Source: Candidatus Woesearchaeota archaeon | GTDB lineage: Archaea > Nanobdellota > Nanobdellia > Woesearchaeales > B72-G16 | NCBI GenBank assembly: GCA_003650545.1 | Contig: QMQO01000013.1 | Location: forward strand, 1-35,320 | Direction: 5' to 3' | Length of the DNA stretch: 35,320 nucleotides | In this document: one piece after another, positions 13,280-22,056 of the stretch | How the letters are laid out: the number at the start of each line of letters is the position of its first letter | Position numbering within the stretch: the first letter of the stretch is position 1 | The notes under the pieces: model-generated | What the model was told of the DNA's origin: nothing | The model's input: the letters and a program-made list of their open reading frames with translations, nothing else | The model's database searches: none | Position numbers and translations under genes: made by a program

Positions 13280-13559
13280 AGAATATAGTTTAATCTCTTT
13301 TTGATTTTCTCTATTTTAAGGGGGTTTATTGTAATTTAAAGGTTTCGTGGGTCCTTAAGTTGTAGTGTCACCCTTGTTTATTTATATACTTCGGCGAAAG
13401 AAAGGCTGGCTTCTTGGATTAAAAAGAGGAATAATTTCCAGTGTTTTGTAAGAGAGGTTTCAGGTGTTTTCTGGAAGTAATTATAGTAGTGTTTGAGGTG
13501 TATTTGTGTCATCTTTCGCGTTCTTTATAAGGGTATATTTCCGTGTTTTTGTTTTATTT
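13280..13559 (-). promoter_or_regulatory. CRISPR leader with putative archaeal promoter (TATA-like GTATATAAATAAAC on the minus strand at ~13376-13389)
   Basis: AT-rich, non-coding and abutting the terminal repeat on the cas side. The TATA-like box points toward the array. Confidence 0.8.
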
Positions 13560-14252
13560 TTATGAAAAGAGGTTTTTTAGCTGGCTTTTTCTGGTGCTGA
13601 ATCGGATTTCTTGGTGTGTTTTATCTTCGGAATCAAGGGAGGCTAGGGCTTTGAGTATGAAGGCTAGTGGTGTTGGTTCTAGCAGGAAAGTTTTTCCATA
13701 TCTTTTTCTGTGTATTAGTCTTTTTTCTTCCAGTTTTCTTATGGATCGGTATACCTTGATGCTATTCCTATATCTCCTTATAGTTTTCGCTTGTATTTGC
13801 GGAGCCTCCAATATATTGTATAATAGGTTTTGCTGGAAGGATGTGAGAGAAAAGTCGGGCTTTACTATTGGAAGCTCTATGATTTCAAGGTTTTTGTCGT
13901 CTATCAAGATTATCTTGAAGATCTTGTTGTAGTGTATCGTGGAAGCTATATATAATATTATACCTGTAAATAGATCTACTCCTAAGTCCATGATCACAGA
14001 ATTTTCAGGCAACTTTTCAAGTATGCTACTTGTAGTTGAGAGTATTTCCTCAAATGTTTCCCGGACATTTATTTTCTCGACCCTTAGACCCTGTGTTCTC
14101 AAAATCTTCTCCACCTTCATGCTTTCATCTATATCCATGTTAAGTGCAATGACCTTCCAAATGTATTTACGGCAATGAATTATCTTCAGCAGAAGATGTG
14201 GATCATATCTTGTTATCGTCATAAGATAGACTTTATTTTTCCTAGTCATCAT
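13560..14252 (-). CDS. csa3: Divergent Csa3-like transcriptional regulator (Rossmann/CARF-like N-domain + winged HTH)
   Basis: 230 aa. The C-terminus has a wHTH pattern (VYRSIRKLEEKRLIHRKRYGKTFLLEPTPL) and the linker IIELP..L. Its position next to csa1 is typical of csa3a. The canonical CARF motifs are degenerate. Confidence 0.65.
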   Translation of the reverse strand: MMTRKNKVYLMTITRYDPHLLLKIIHCRKYIWKVIALNMDIDESMKVEKILRTQGLRVEKINVRETFEEILSTTSSILEKLPENSVIMDLGVDLFTGIILYIASTIHYNKIFKIILIDDKNLEIIELPIVKPDFSLTSFQQNLLYNILEAPQIQAKTIRRYRNSIKVYRSIRKLEEKRLIHRKRYGKTFLLEPTPLAFILKALASLDSEDKTHQEIRFSTRKSQLKNLFS

Positions 14253-14399
14253 TTATATTAGAATGTAACACTGTTATTTATCTTACTGTTTTGTGATACG
14301 TTTTACTGAAAGATAAAGAAGGGGTTACTGTATTGTTTTCAGAAAAATATTACCAAAAGAATTTGTTTAAATCATTTATTTTAAATAGGAGAGAGATAG

Positions 14400-15332
14400 G
14401 TGAAAGTATTGCTTCAAGACCTCGACAAGGTCTTAAGGCAAGCACGGGTTTTCCTAGAGAAAGTTGGTTTAAGCGAGGAGCTAAGGGGATGGAGATGGGA
14501 CACGCCTCCAGTTGAACCCCCAATAAGGGGGATATCAGTTTCGGTTAGCGAGGTTTCTGGAAGATATTGTGAAAGCATGAGAGACATCTACTTGAAATAC
14601 GTGGAGGGGGTCGAAGCCAAACCAACGTTGGTGATGAGGGAAGGTAAAGTCTACCACAGGGTTCTAGAGGAGGTATTGACGAGGGTTAAGTCCATAGTCT
14701 ACGGCCATGGAATAATAGAAGGAGCCGGAATATTCTCTCTACTTTTAGAACAAAGGAATCGATGTATCGAAAATATAATTAAACAGGAGATAGGCCCAAT
14801 AGACTCCGAAAAATCCATTGAAAACGTAGTTAAAAAAGCGAGTAAGCTTTGGAACTACCTTTCACTCAAATATTCAGCTGCGATAGACAACAGTAGGGCT
14901 TCGCACAGAAAAATAGGTTTAGACGCGCTTGTAGCCATGTCAGTACCCCAAATAGTGGAGTACCGTGTAGACGGCTCACCTCTCGGCTTGAGTAGCGAGC
15001 TCTCGGTAGACGTCTTCCAGCCTTCAAGCATCGTTTTCGAAGTAAAAACAGGGAGAAAACGCTGGTTCCACAAGCTTGCAACAACAGGGTACGCCATGGC
15101 CTTCGAAGCAAGCAGAGAGTTACCAATAAACATTGGTGTTGTAATGTACATGCACTTCGACGAAAGAGGGCTCCCGCAGATAAAGATGGACTACCATATG
15201 ATCGACGATGAATGGCGTAGACGCTTCCTCGAAACACGCGACACCATACTGGAGATCATCACCAATGAGAGGGATCCAGGTAAACCCCCGAGATGCTACG
15301 AATACTGCCCCCTAAAGGAGTATTGTGGGTGA
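14400..15332 (+). CDS. csa1: Type I-A CRISPR-associated Cas4-like protein Csa1
   Basis: ELRGWRWDTPPVEP motif, YCESMRDIYL, VDGSPLGLS, EVKTG, TGYAMAFE and C-terminal Cys cluster CYEYCPLKEYC. Immediately upstream of cas1. Confidence 0.93.
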   Translation: MKVLLQDLDKVLRQARVFLEKVGLSEELRGWRWDTPPVEPPIRGISVSVSEVSGRYCESMRDIYLKYVEGVEAKPTLVMREGKVYHRVLEEVLTRVKSIVYGHGIIEGAGIFSLLLEQRNRCIENIIKQEIGPIDSEKSIENVVKKASKLWNYLSLKYSAAIDNSRASHRKIGLDALVAMSVPQIVEYRVDGSPLGLSSELSVDVFQPSSIVFEVKTGRKRWFHKLATTGYAMAFEASRELPINIGVVMYMHFDERGLPQIKMDYHMIDDEWRRRFLETRDTILEIITNERDPGKPPRCYEYCPLKEYCG

Positions 15333-15339
15333 TAAACCC

Positions 15340-16374
15340 ATGAGAATACTGCACCTCAGTGAATACGGGATTTTCGTTGGACGCAAGGGCGACAGAATAG
15401 TAGTAAAACACAAGAAAAACAAGATTCTAGAGGAACCCGCCGGAAACGTGCATGTAGTGGTCTTATCGACACGTGGGTTATCGGCGTCCATGGATTTCAT
15501 AAACCTGGCACTGAAACACAATATCCTTGTAGTCTTTGCAGCCAAGTCGGGTAGACCCCTAGGCTTCCTCGTACCATTCCAAGCGGGATCCGCAATCAAA
15601 ACCAGAAGAGCACAATACGAAGCCTACGACACTGAAAAAGGGTTCGAGATAGCTAAGGCATTTATATACGGGAAACTCTACAGCCAGGAAACACTACTAA
15701 GACAGTTGTCTAGAAGAGCTAAAGCCAGGGAGCTAGAGAACTTCGCGTTTCTAATAGAATCCATGGACGAGATACGCGACCTTAGAAACAAGGTTCTCGA
15801 AGTAGAATACAATAACAGTCCATTTAAAACCCGCATGCAGTTAATCTCCATAGAGGCCCGCGCTGCAGACCTATACTGGGAATGCTGGAAACGTTTCCTA
15901 CCAAAGGAGCTACTCTTCCGGGGGAGAATTAAACATCCGGACGTGGAAGAAGAGGTTGACGTTGTAAACATGATGCTGAACTACGGTTACTCCATACTGA
16001 TGAGCGAAACCTGGATAGCGGTGTTTAAGGCGGGGCTAGACCCGTGGGCAGGCTTCCTTCATGCAGACAACCCCCGGAGACCAGGACTAGTATATGACCT
16101 TATGGAGGAGTTTAGGGTCCCGGTAGTAGATAAAGCGGTATTAAACTTGGTCGACAAACTGGGTCTAGAACTCTTAAACTACATTGAGGATGGAAGATTA
16201 AGCAAGGAGGGTAGAAAACTGGTAGCCTCATCTGTCTACGAAAGACTAAACACTTTTTACAGCTTCAGCGACAGAAGGCTCCCGCTACGCGCCCACATAC
16301 TTCTACAGGCCAGAAGACTCTCCCTCTACCTCAGGGGAAACACACCCCAATATAAACCCTTCCACATAAGGTGA
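15340..16374 (+). CDS. cas1: CRISPR-associated endonuclease Cas1
   Basis: IEARAADLYW, NMMLNYGYSIL, GLDPWAGFLH and LVYDLMEEFR motifs. The start is placed at ATG 15340 after a GGTGA Shine-Dalgarno (the ORF track begins at 15325). Confidence 0.97.
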   Translation: MRILHLSEYGIFVGRKGDRIVVKHKKNKILEEPAGNVHVVVLSTRGLSASMDFINLALKHNILVVFAAKSGRPLGFLVPFQAGSAIKTRRAQYEAYDTEKGFEIAKAFIYGKLYSQETLLRQLSRRAKARELENFAFLIESMDEIRDLRNKVLEVEYNNSPFKTRMQLISIEARAADLYWECWKRFLPKELLFRGRIKHPDVEEEVDVVNMMLNYGYSILMSETWIAVFKAGLDPWAGFLHADNPRRPGLVYDLMEEFRVPVVDKAVLNLVDKLGLELLNYIEDGRLSKEGRKLVASSVYERLNTFYSFSDRRLPLRAHILLQARRLSLYLRGNTPQYKPFHIR

Positions 16375-16378
16375 TGGA

Positions 16379-16678
16379 ATGGGCGTCCCAACCCTAGTGA
16401 TATATGATATAAGCGACAACAGCCTCCGATTCAGAATCAGCGAAATATGCGAGGATTTTGGACTGGTGAGAATACAGAAGAGTGCCTTCCTAGGGGAACT
16501 CACATCCTTCAGAAGGAAAGAGTTGATAGCTAAGCTAGAGAGGGTCTTGAAGAGAGATGGAGGACCCAGAGACAACGTCCAAATATTCGTGTTTTCCAAG
16601 CAATGTCTATTAATGCGCCATGTTATAGGGGCTGTGAAGCCGTATGAAGTACAGGAATCCCAGCTACTCTTCATATGA
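16379..16678 (+). CDS. cas2: CRISPR-associated endonuclease Cas2
   Basis: LVIYDISD..R and GLVRIQKSAFLG motifs; 99 aa; follows cas1. Confidence 0.97.
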   Translation: MGVPTLVIYDISDNSLRFRISEICEDFGLVRIQKSAFLGELTSFRRKELIAKLERVLKRDGGPRDNVQIFVFSKQCLLMRHVIGAVKPYEVQESQLLFI

Positions 16679-17264
16679 AATCTTTATCGATGTAAGTGAC
16701 ATCAAACAGTTTTTCTTTTGTCCAAGGATAATCTACTACATGCATGTACTGGGATTCCGTGAAAGGACTACCGAAAGCGAGATATCCGGTAGGGAAGCCC
16801 ATGAAGATATAATTAAACGGGAGAAGAGGAGGAAGAGTCTGGCCGCAAAGAGGATATTTACTGGCTATAGGAAACACTTCGGGGTAAAAATGGTTTCCAA
16901 AAAGCTTCTTCTGAAGGGACGGCTAGATATGCTCGTTGAAAACGGGAAAAACTACATTCCAGTGGAGTATAAATCTATTCCATTGAAAAGAAAAAAGCCG
17001 CCAGCAAACCACAAATACCAGCTCATTGCATACGGGCTACTGGTGGATGAAACCTACGACACCTATACTAAACTAGGCTACATATACTACTCTGTCAACG
17101 ATAGGCTAGTACCAGTATACTTCACGAGGAACTCCAAGGAATACGTAAAGGAGACCACAAAACACATTAGGGAAATCATACTCAACGAAGAGATACCAAG
17201 AGGATATTCATCCCCCTCAAAGTGTAAAAACTGCGGCTACCACATCTTCTGTCTACAAGCCTAA
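16644..17264 (+). CDS. cas4: CRISPR-associated exonuclease Cas4
   Basis: VSDIKQFFFCPR, GRLDML, PVEYK, QLIAYGLL and C-terminal KCKNCGYHIFC (four Fe-S Cys). Confidence 0.95.
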   Translation: MKYRNPSYSSYEIFIDVSDIKQFFFCPRIIYYMHVLGFRERTTESEISGREAHEDIIKREKRRKSLAAKRIFTGYRKHFGVKMVSKKLLLKGRLDMLVENGKNYIPVEYKSIPLKRKKPPANHKYQLIAYGLLVDETYDTYTKLGYIYYSVNDRLVPVYFTRNSKEYVKETTKHIREIILNEEIPRGYSSPSKCKNCGYHIFCLQA

Positions 17265-17284
17265 CCAATTAACGAATCAAAGGG

Positions 17285-18121
17285 TTATTTATCTGAAACC
17301 TTGGTAACATCCATGACCCCTAAACCCATGGACCTAGAATTACCCACATTAAAGTATTCCCCGTAACGTAGCAGTAGGAACATGTCCCTTAAATACGAGC
17401 TTTCAGGCTCCTCAACCCTATAGATGACATAGCCTACCACACCTATAACCTTCTTTCCATCGCCTATAGGAGCTACATCAGCCCTAAGCCTTAAGTCAGA
17501 TTCATAGACGTTATCTAGAATCCAGTCTAGAAACCTTTCTTCCTTAATCTTCTTTGAGGGAGGAGCAAACGTGTTCCAATGGTGAACCAGACTATGAAAA
17601 AGGCTTAAAGGCGTAGGTACCAGGGAGAAGAGAGGTTTCCTCCTAAGAGTCCTCCTCCTAACAGAAAACCTCGTAGGAGTAATAAACCTCACCTTAAACC
17701 TATCATCAGTAAACTCAGGCTCCAAATCCTCCAAATCATGCACCTCGATCGACACATCCGTAATAGTGATCGGGCTTCTACCCAAAAGCCTAAAAGTTGA
17801 ATCCACCACGGAGGTAGTTAAAGCCTCCAAAAACTTTTTAGCAGGCTCCTCCTGAACCAAAGAAACCTGGAAAAAATATTCGTTACCCGACTTAAGTATC
17901 ACCCCCTTAAACTCAGGAGAATACAGCACTCCCCTATCCCCCATAAAGGGCTTCACAGCATAAGGCTTAACACCCTTATAATCGTGCAGATAAGAGGCAT
18001 ATTTAGCGTCAACAGACCCCAACATCCTAAGAAAAAGCGAAAGCACAATATGACCCGTAAACTTAGGAAGAACAATACTCTCCAAAGGAACAAACCTCAA
18101 CACAAACCTCGAAAGATACAT
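17285..18121 (-). CDS. cas6: CRISPR-associated endoribonuclease Cas6
   Basis: FTGH, KPYAVKP, VRFITPTRF, PTPLSLFHSL and the C-terminal G-rich loop YFNVGNSRSMGLG. Confidence 0.93.
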   Translation of the reverse strand: MYLSRFVLRFVPLESIVLPKFTGHIVLSLFLRMLGSVDAKYASYLHDYKGVKPYAVKPFMGDRGVLYSPEFKGVILKSGNEYFFQVSLVQEEPAKKFLEALTTSVVDSTFRLLGRSPITITDVSIEVHDLEDLEPEFTDDRFKVRFITPTRFSVRRRTLRRKPLFSLVPTPLSLFHSLVHHWNTFAPPSKKIKEERFLDWILDNVYESDLRLRADVAPIGDGKKVIGVVGYVIYRVEEPESSYLRDMFLLLRYGEYFNVGNSRSMGLGVMDVTKVSDK

Positions 18122-18603
18122 CTATAAACAACCCATCTATCTTATATTTTCACATAATTTAAAACTTATTCGGTATGCAATATATTTGGCATGATCATTT
18201 GCCAGATTTTTTAAGGGCATTTAAATTCACTCCACTCTGAAGAAACTCACAGCGATAAACTCTACTTAGCTCCGGAAGTTAATGTAGAAGAGAGACGCCA
18301 CTTTCATTAATGATAACCAGTAGAGGCTTTGAAAAATTAAATAAAACCTCTTCTAAACCTGCCCACACTTGTGAAACTGATTATTCTTCTAAAGATACAG
18401 AGATTTAGAGTAATTTAAAACAGAAAAACCATTTTTAATTAAAGAAGGAGCAAGAGTAGATTTGACGATCAATTTTAGTTTTAATTTATATGTATGATTA
18501 TTTTCTGAAGATTGAACATGCATTATTGTTGTTCAAACACCAAGAAATATGAATATATCGTGGCGCTCTTTGCTAACGTTTAAGTTGGCTTTGTTCTATT
18601 AGT

Positions 18604-18631
18604 TCCTGAACAGATTCATGAACCGTCAGGA
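18604..18631. promoter_or_regulatory. Imperfect palindrome TCCTGA-acaga-TTCA|TGAA-ccg-TCAGGA upstream of the csa5 TATA region; candidate Csa3 operator
   Basis: The dyad symmetry is visible and lies ~45 nt upstream of the csa5 start. Function is inferred from Csa3b binding at the csa5 promoter in Sulfolobus/Saccharolobus. Confidence 0.4.
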
Positions 18632-18676
18632 TAATGTTTATTTAATATTTATTATTAAAAAATAAAGGGGGAGAAT

Positions 18677-19018
18677 TTGTCTAATAAAATAAATTTATCC
18701 CCCAAAGAGTGGGACGCCATTAGGGAAGTTGCTCGCGCTTTAAGATTCTTTGCTGAAGAAAGAATGTACACATATATTGATAGAATAGCGGATGCATTTT
18801 CACCTAATATAGCTGTTGCCGCCCTTAAAGATGCACTAAGGGCTTTGAGAAGCGAGGTTACTAGAAATCCAAACATTTATCTGCCTAGTGAAAATAGTAT
18901 CGAAATTGTTATAAAACTACTTTCTGAGAAAAGGGATTCTGGCAACGTTCTAGCCGCGTTGGCTCTTTCGTTTAGACCAAGAAAGACTAGTTCTAAAGTG
19001 GAAGGGGGTGGAAGTTAA
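18677..19018 (+). CDS. csa5: Type I-A small subunit Csa5 (Cas11)
   Basis: 113 aa, helical, with YTYIDRIADA..ALKDALR and LAALALS. TTG start after a G-rich SD. First gene before cas7. Confidence 0.88.
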   Translation: MSNKINLSPKEWDAIREVARALRFFAEERMYTYIDRIADAFSPNIAVAALKDALRALRSEVTRNPNIYLPSENSIEIVIKLLSEKRDSGNVLAALALSFRPRKTSSKVEGGGS

Positions 19019-20022
19019 TGTACCTTTCACTAGGCATTAGATTCAAGGCCAATGTCGAGGCTCTTAATATGTCAGAGACCGTAGGAAACGTTTCTAGACA
19101 TAGAAGAGTTCCTATAATAACTGAAGAAGACAACGAATATAGGCTTATATATGTGCCAGCTATTAGCGGTGAATCTATAGCCCACGCTATCCAATGGAAT
19201 CTAGTTAGGGTTGCCAAGCAGTTATATGGAGAAAATGCTCCTATAGACCCGTGGTCAGAAAGAGGTGAGTTCATTAAATTTGGCGACTCAAAACACCTAA
19301 CTAAAAAATTAAAGGATATTATAGGCCAGAAGATTGAAGTGGAAAAGAAACAACATATGTTCGAGGTAACTGCAATAAGGGAAAGTATTGTGGCAGATGT
19401 AGGTGGTTTTCTCTATGCTGAAAACCCGCCTGTGAGACGAACAAGCCCCTTATATGTGAGTTACGCTATTCCGGTAGAAGATGCTATAGAGGTCACCGCA
19501 ATTGAAGCGCAGGTTCATGCTAGACAAGTTCCAGTAGGTATAACTAAAGAAGAAGAGAGACAGGCACAAATGCTTTATTATGTTGAGATAGCTTCTGCCA
19601 TTTATGGTGTGACCATAAGTTTAGATGTTGACTCAATAGGCAAAACAAGCATGGTTAAAGTAGAACCAGCAGTCAGCGAAGAAGAAAGAAGAATCAGGCT
19701 TAAAGCTACGCTCGGTGCCCTAGCTTTAACCATGGGTCAAAAGCTCTTTGGCGCTAAAAGATCTAGGTTCACTCCAATATTAGAGGTGACCAATGCCATC
19801 GCAACTATTTCGGATCCATTACCTTTTAATGTCTCACCACCACAAAAACGTAACTATATTGAAGATACCATAGAAAGAGCTTCTAAATTTAAGGAAATGA
19901 CAGAAAAACTGGGTGTTAAAACAGATATTAGTATGGCAACTTATAAATATCCTGCATTCGAAGGGGACAAAAAAAGCCTGGAGGAACTCTTCCTTTGGAT
20001 TGCCTCTAAACTAGGTGTATAA
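19018..20022 (+). CDS. cas7: Type I-A backbone subunit Cas7/Csa2
   Basis: NVEALNMSETVGNVSRHRRVP, YVPAISGESIAH, DVGGFL, RRTS and GAKRSRF motifs. Confidence 0.96.
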   Translation: MYLSLGIRFKANVEALNMSETVGNVSRHRRVPIITEEDNEYRLIYVPAISGESIAHAIQWNLVRVAKQLYGENAPIDPWSERGEFIKFGDSKHLTKKLKDIIGQKIEVEKKQHMFEVTAIRESIVADVGGFLYAENPPVRRTSPLYVSYAIPVEDAIEVTAIEAQVHARQVPVGITKEEERQAQMLYYVEIASAIYGVTISLDVDSIGKTSMVKVEPAVSEEERRIRLKATLGALALTMGQKLFGAKRSRFTPILEVTNAIATISDPLPFNVSPPQKRNYIEDTIERASKFKEMTEKLGVKTDISMATYKYPAFEGDKKSLEELFLWIASKLGV

Positions 20023-20818
20023 CGTGAAGAGGATTGAGGAAGAGTCTCTCTATGCTTTGCTTATAGATGTTGAATTACACTGGGGATTCTCTCTTAATCA
20101 TTTCTTAGGTACTAAAAGTAGACCCGCTCTCCGGGTGATACCTCCTACAACACTTATCGGTGCTCTCTCATATCCCTTGGCCAAGATAAAGGGTTGGCCC
20201 GAAAACTTAGGCTCAGTCAGCTCAGCTGATAGGCTAAGGAAAATTTTAATTAGTGTACATTACTCAGTGATTTGGGGACATTTAGTGACATATGCTGAGG
20301 TGAGCAAGATTTTTTCATATAAAGTTCGAGAAAAAAGGATTATTAGTGATGCAGCTGCTATTCAAAAAGTCTATGCTATGCCTGGTACCACCCTTAGAAT
20401 ATATTATATTTTTAGCAACGTTGCAGCAAATATGCTTGGATCTTCATGGGAAACTGATTTGATGGTAGCCGGATGGAGCATTGTTAGAATAGGAGCTAAG
20501 GAGTCTCTTGTATCGGTTAGAGATTCCAGACTTATGGATGTTAATGTAATCGAAGCTAAAGGATTTATGGATACAAAAGCAACGATTCCTATGGATTCTG
20601 CTAAAAATATTAAAGGAAATTTTACAGTTGAGGAAGTTGTTGACTGGAGAAAAAGTGGCGTTGGAAGATATTTTAATGCGCCTCGAACAAGGATCGCCCA
20701 ACCACTATCAATGTTAGGTGGACCTGAAAAAGTAAAGGTTCTACCCGATTTAAGTTTTGTTTATAGAGTTAATGGAGAAATCCTGATTCCTTGGATTATT
20801 GCTTCCAAGGGGGAATAA
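20015..20818 (+). CDS. cas5: Type I-A Cas5 (Cas5a)
   Basis: HWGFS, PPTTLIGAL and RIGAKESLVSV motifs. Confidence 0.94.
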   Translation: MYNVKRIEEESLYALLIDVELHWGFSLNHFLGTKSRPALRVIPPTTLIGALSYPLAKIKGWPENLGSVSSADRLRKILISVHYSVIWGHLVTYAEVSKIFSYKVREKRIISDAAAIQKVYAMPGTTLRIYYIFSNVAANMLGSSWETDLMVAGWSIVRIGAKESLVSVRDSRLMDVNVIEAKGFMDTKATIPMDSAKNIKGNFTVEEVVDWRKSGVGRYFNAPRTRIAQPLSMLGGPEKVKVLPDLSFVYRVNGEILIPWIIASKGE

Positions 20819-20819
20819 T

Positions 20820-22040
20820 ATGATTAGAATCCCTCTTTTACCTGAAGGCACTTATGCAAGAAGCTTGGCAAACCTCTTTCTAATGGCTGTCACCTATTAT
20901 CATCGCCTCTCTGGGAAAGAAGTTTCATATACAGGGAATTTCCTAGAGTTTGAAGGCAATGCAAAAGATATTAGTACAAGTTTCTCAGCGGCTACACATG
21001 CCATAATTGAGGTGATAAAAGAACGACAACCTACAACAGTTAAAATGCATAAGAACGACAGGACGGTGATAAGTAAAGCGTTGAACAATTTAGGGGTTGG
21101 AAGCCTTCCCCAGGATTATGTTAAATCATTTCATCTACTCTTAAAAGCATTCAGTAGAGAATTGGAATCCAATAACGGTTGTAAAATAATTAGCGACATA
21201 ATGTTGACTAAAAGAAATAAAAAAGATGTTAAGTATGGCGAAGAAGGGCTAGCCCCTCTCCAGGTTTTTAAACTAGAGAAGTACGAGTATGGTCGTGACT
21301 TCCTAAACTTATCTAAAATAAAGGGTGATATAAAATTATCACCCTATTGGATGGCAATAGTCGCAGGAGGCTGGTTGCTCAGCTATATGGGAGTTAAGGG
21401 AGGCTATCTAACATATTCTTTACCCCCTGAAGAACTCATCGAACACGCCTTATATAGTCGAGAAGGAATGTACGCTATCATGACAACCTATGGTGTAAAC
21501 GACCCCATAGCTGCATACAGGTCAGATGGAATTCTTTCATCTCCTTCAAGAATTAGAAGTTCATCTGTATTACCCTCTGCGTATCAAATACTACTAGCCT
21601 TGGAAAACGCTTCCACAAACATTGGTCCCGAAGGATTCTCCCTAAGGATAGTTAGAGTATCCTATGACGGCAAACGCTTCACAGTCGTTGAAGACTCTAT
21701 CATTAATCTCTCTACATTAATGGACTTCGCTAAAGCTCTAATAGCTAGCGATGAAGCAACCTCTGCAGTTAGGAGACTAGCAGAATGTGCTATTCAGGGA
21801 TATGAAAAACAAATGAGAGAACGGTGTAAGCAAGCCTTTGCCGATACAAGTACAGCAATTAAAATGATAAACCTCCTATATAGAGCCGCCATCGGCTCGG
21901 AACTTCCAGAAAGAGCAGTATACCAGTTAGCAAGACTTTCACCCATGCCTAGGGATAATTTTATGCCTCCATTCAAAAAACAAAGGGTTTTAGAATGGAT
22001 CTATAAATCTCTTGCAGGCGCATCTAGACTAGAGTTATAA
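20820..22040 (+). CDS. cas8a: Type I-A large subunit Cas8a (Csa4/Cas8a2-like)
   Basis: Lies between cas5 and cas3'; ~406 aa with PLQVFKLEKYEYGR, ND..T and VYQLAR motifs. The start is placed at ATG 20820, just after the cas5 stop. Confidence 0.8.
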   Translation: MIRIPLLPEGTYARSLANLFLMAVTYYHRLSGKEVSYTGNFLEFEGNAKDISTSFSAATHAIIEVIKERQPTTVKMHKNDRTVISKALNNLGVGSLPQDYVKSFHLLLKAFSRELESNNGCKIISDIMLTKRNKKDVKYGEEGLAPLQVFKLEKYEYGRDFLNLSKIKGDIKLSPYWMAIVAGGWLLSYMGVKGGYLTYSLPPEELIEHALYSREGMYAIMTTYGVNDPIAAYRSDGILSSPSRIRSSSVLPSAYQILLALENASTNIGPEGFSLRIVRVSYDGKRFTVVEDSIINLSTLMDFAKALIASDEATSAVRRLAECAIQGYEKQMRERCKQAFADTSTAIKMINLLYRAAIGSELPERAVYQLARLSPMPRDNFMPPFKKQRVLEWIYKSLAGASRLEL

Positions 22041-22056
22041 ACATGTGTGAACCATA

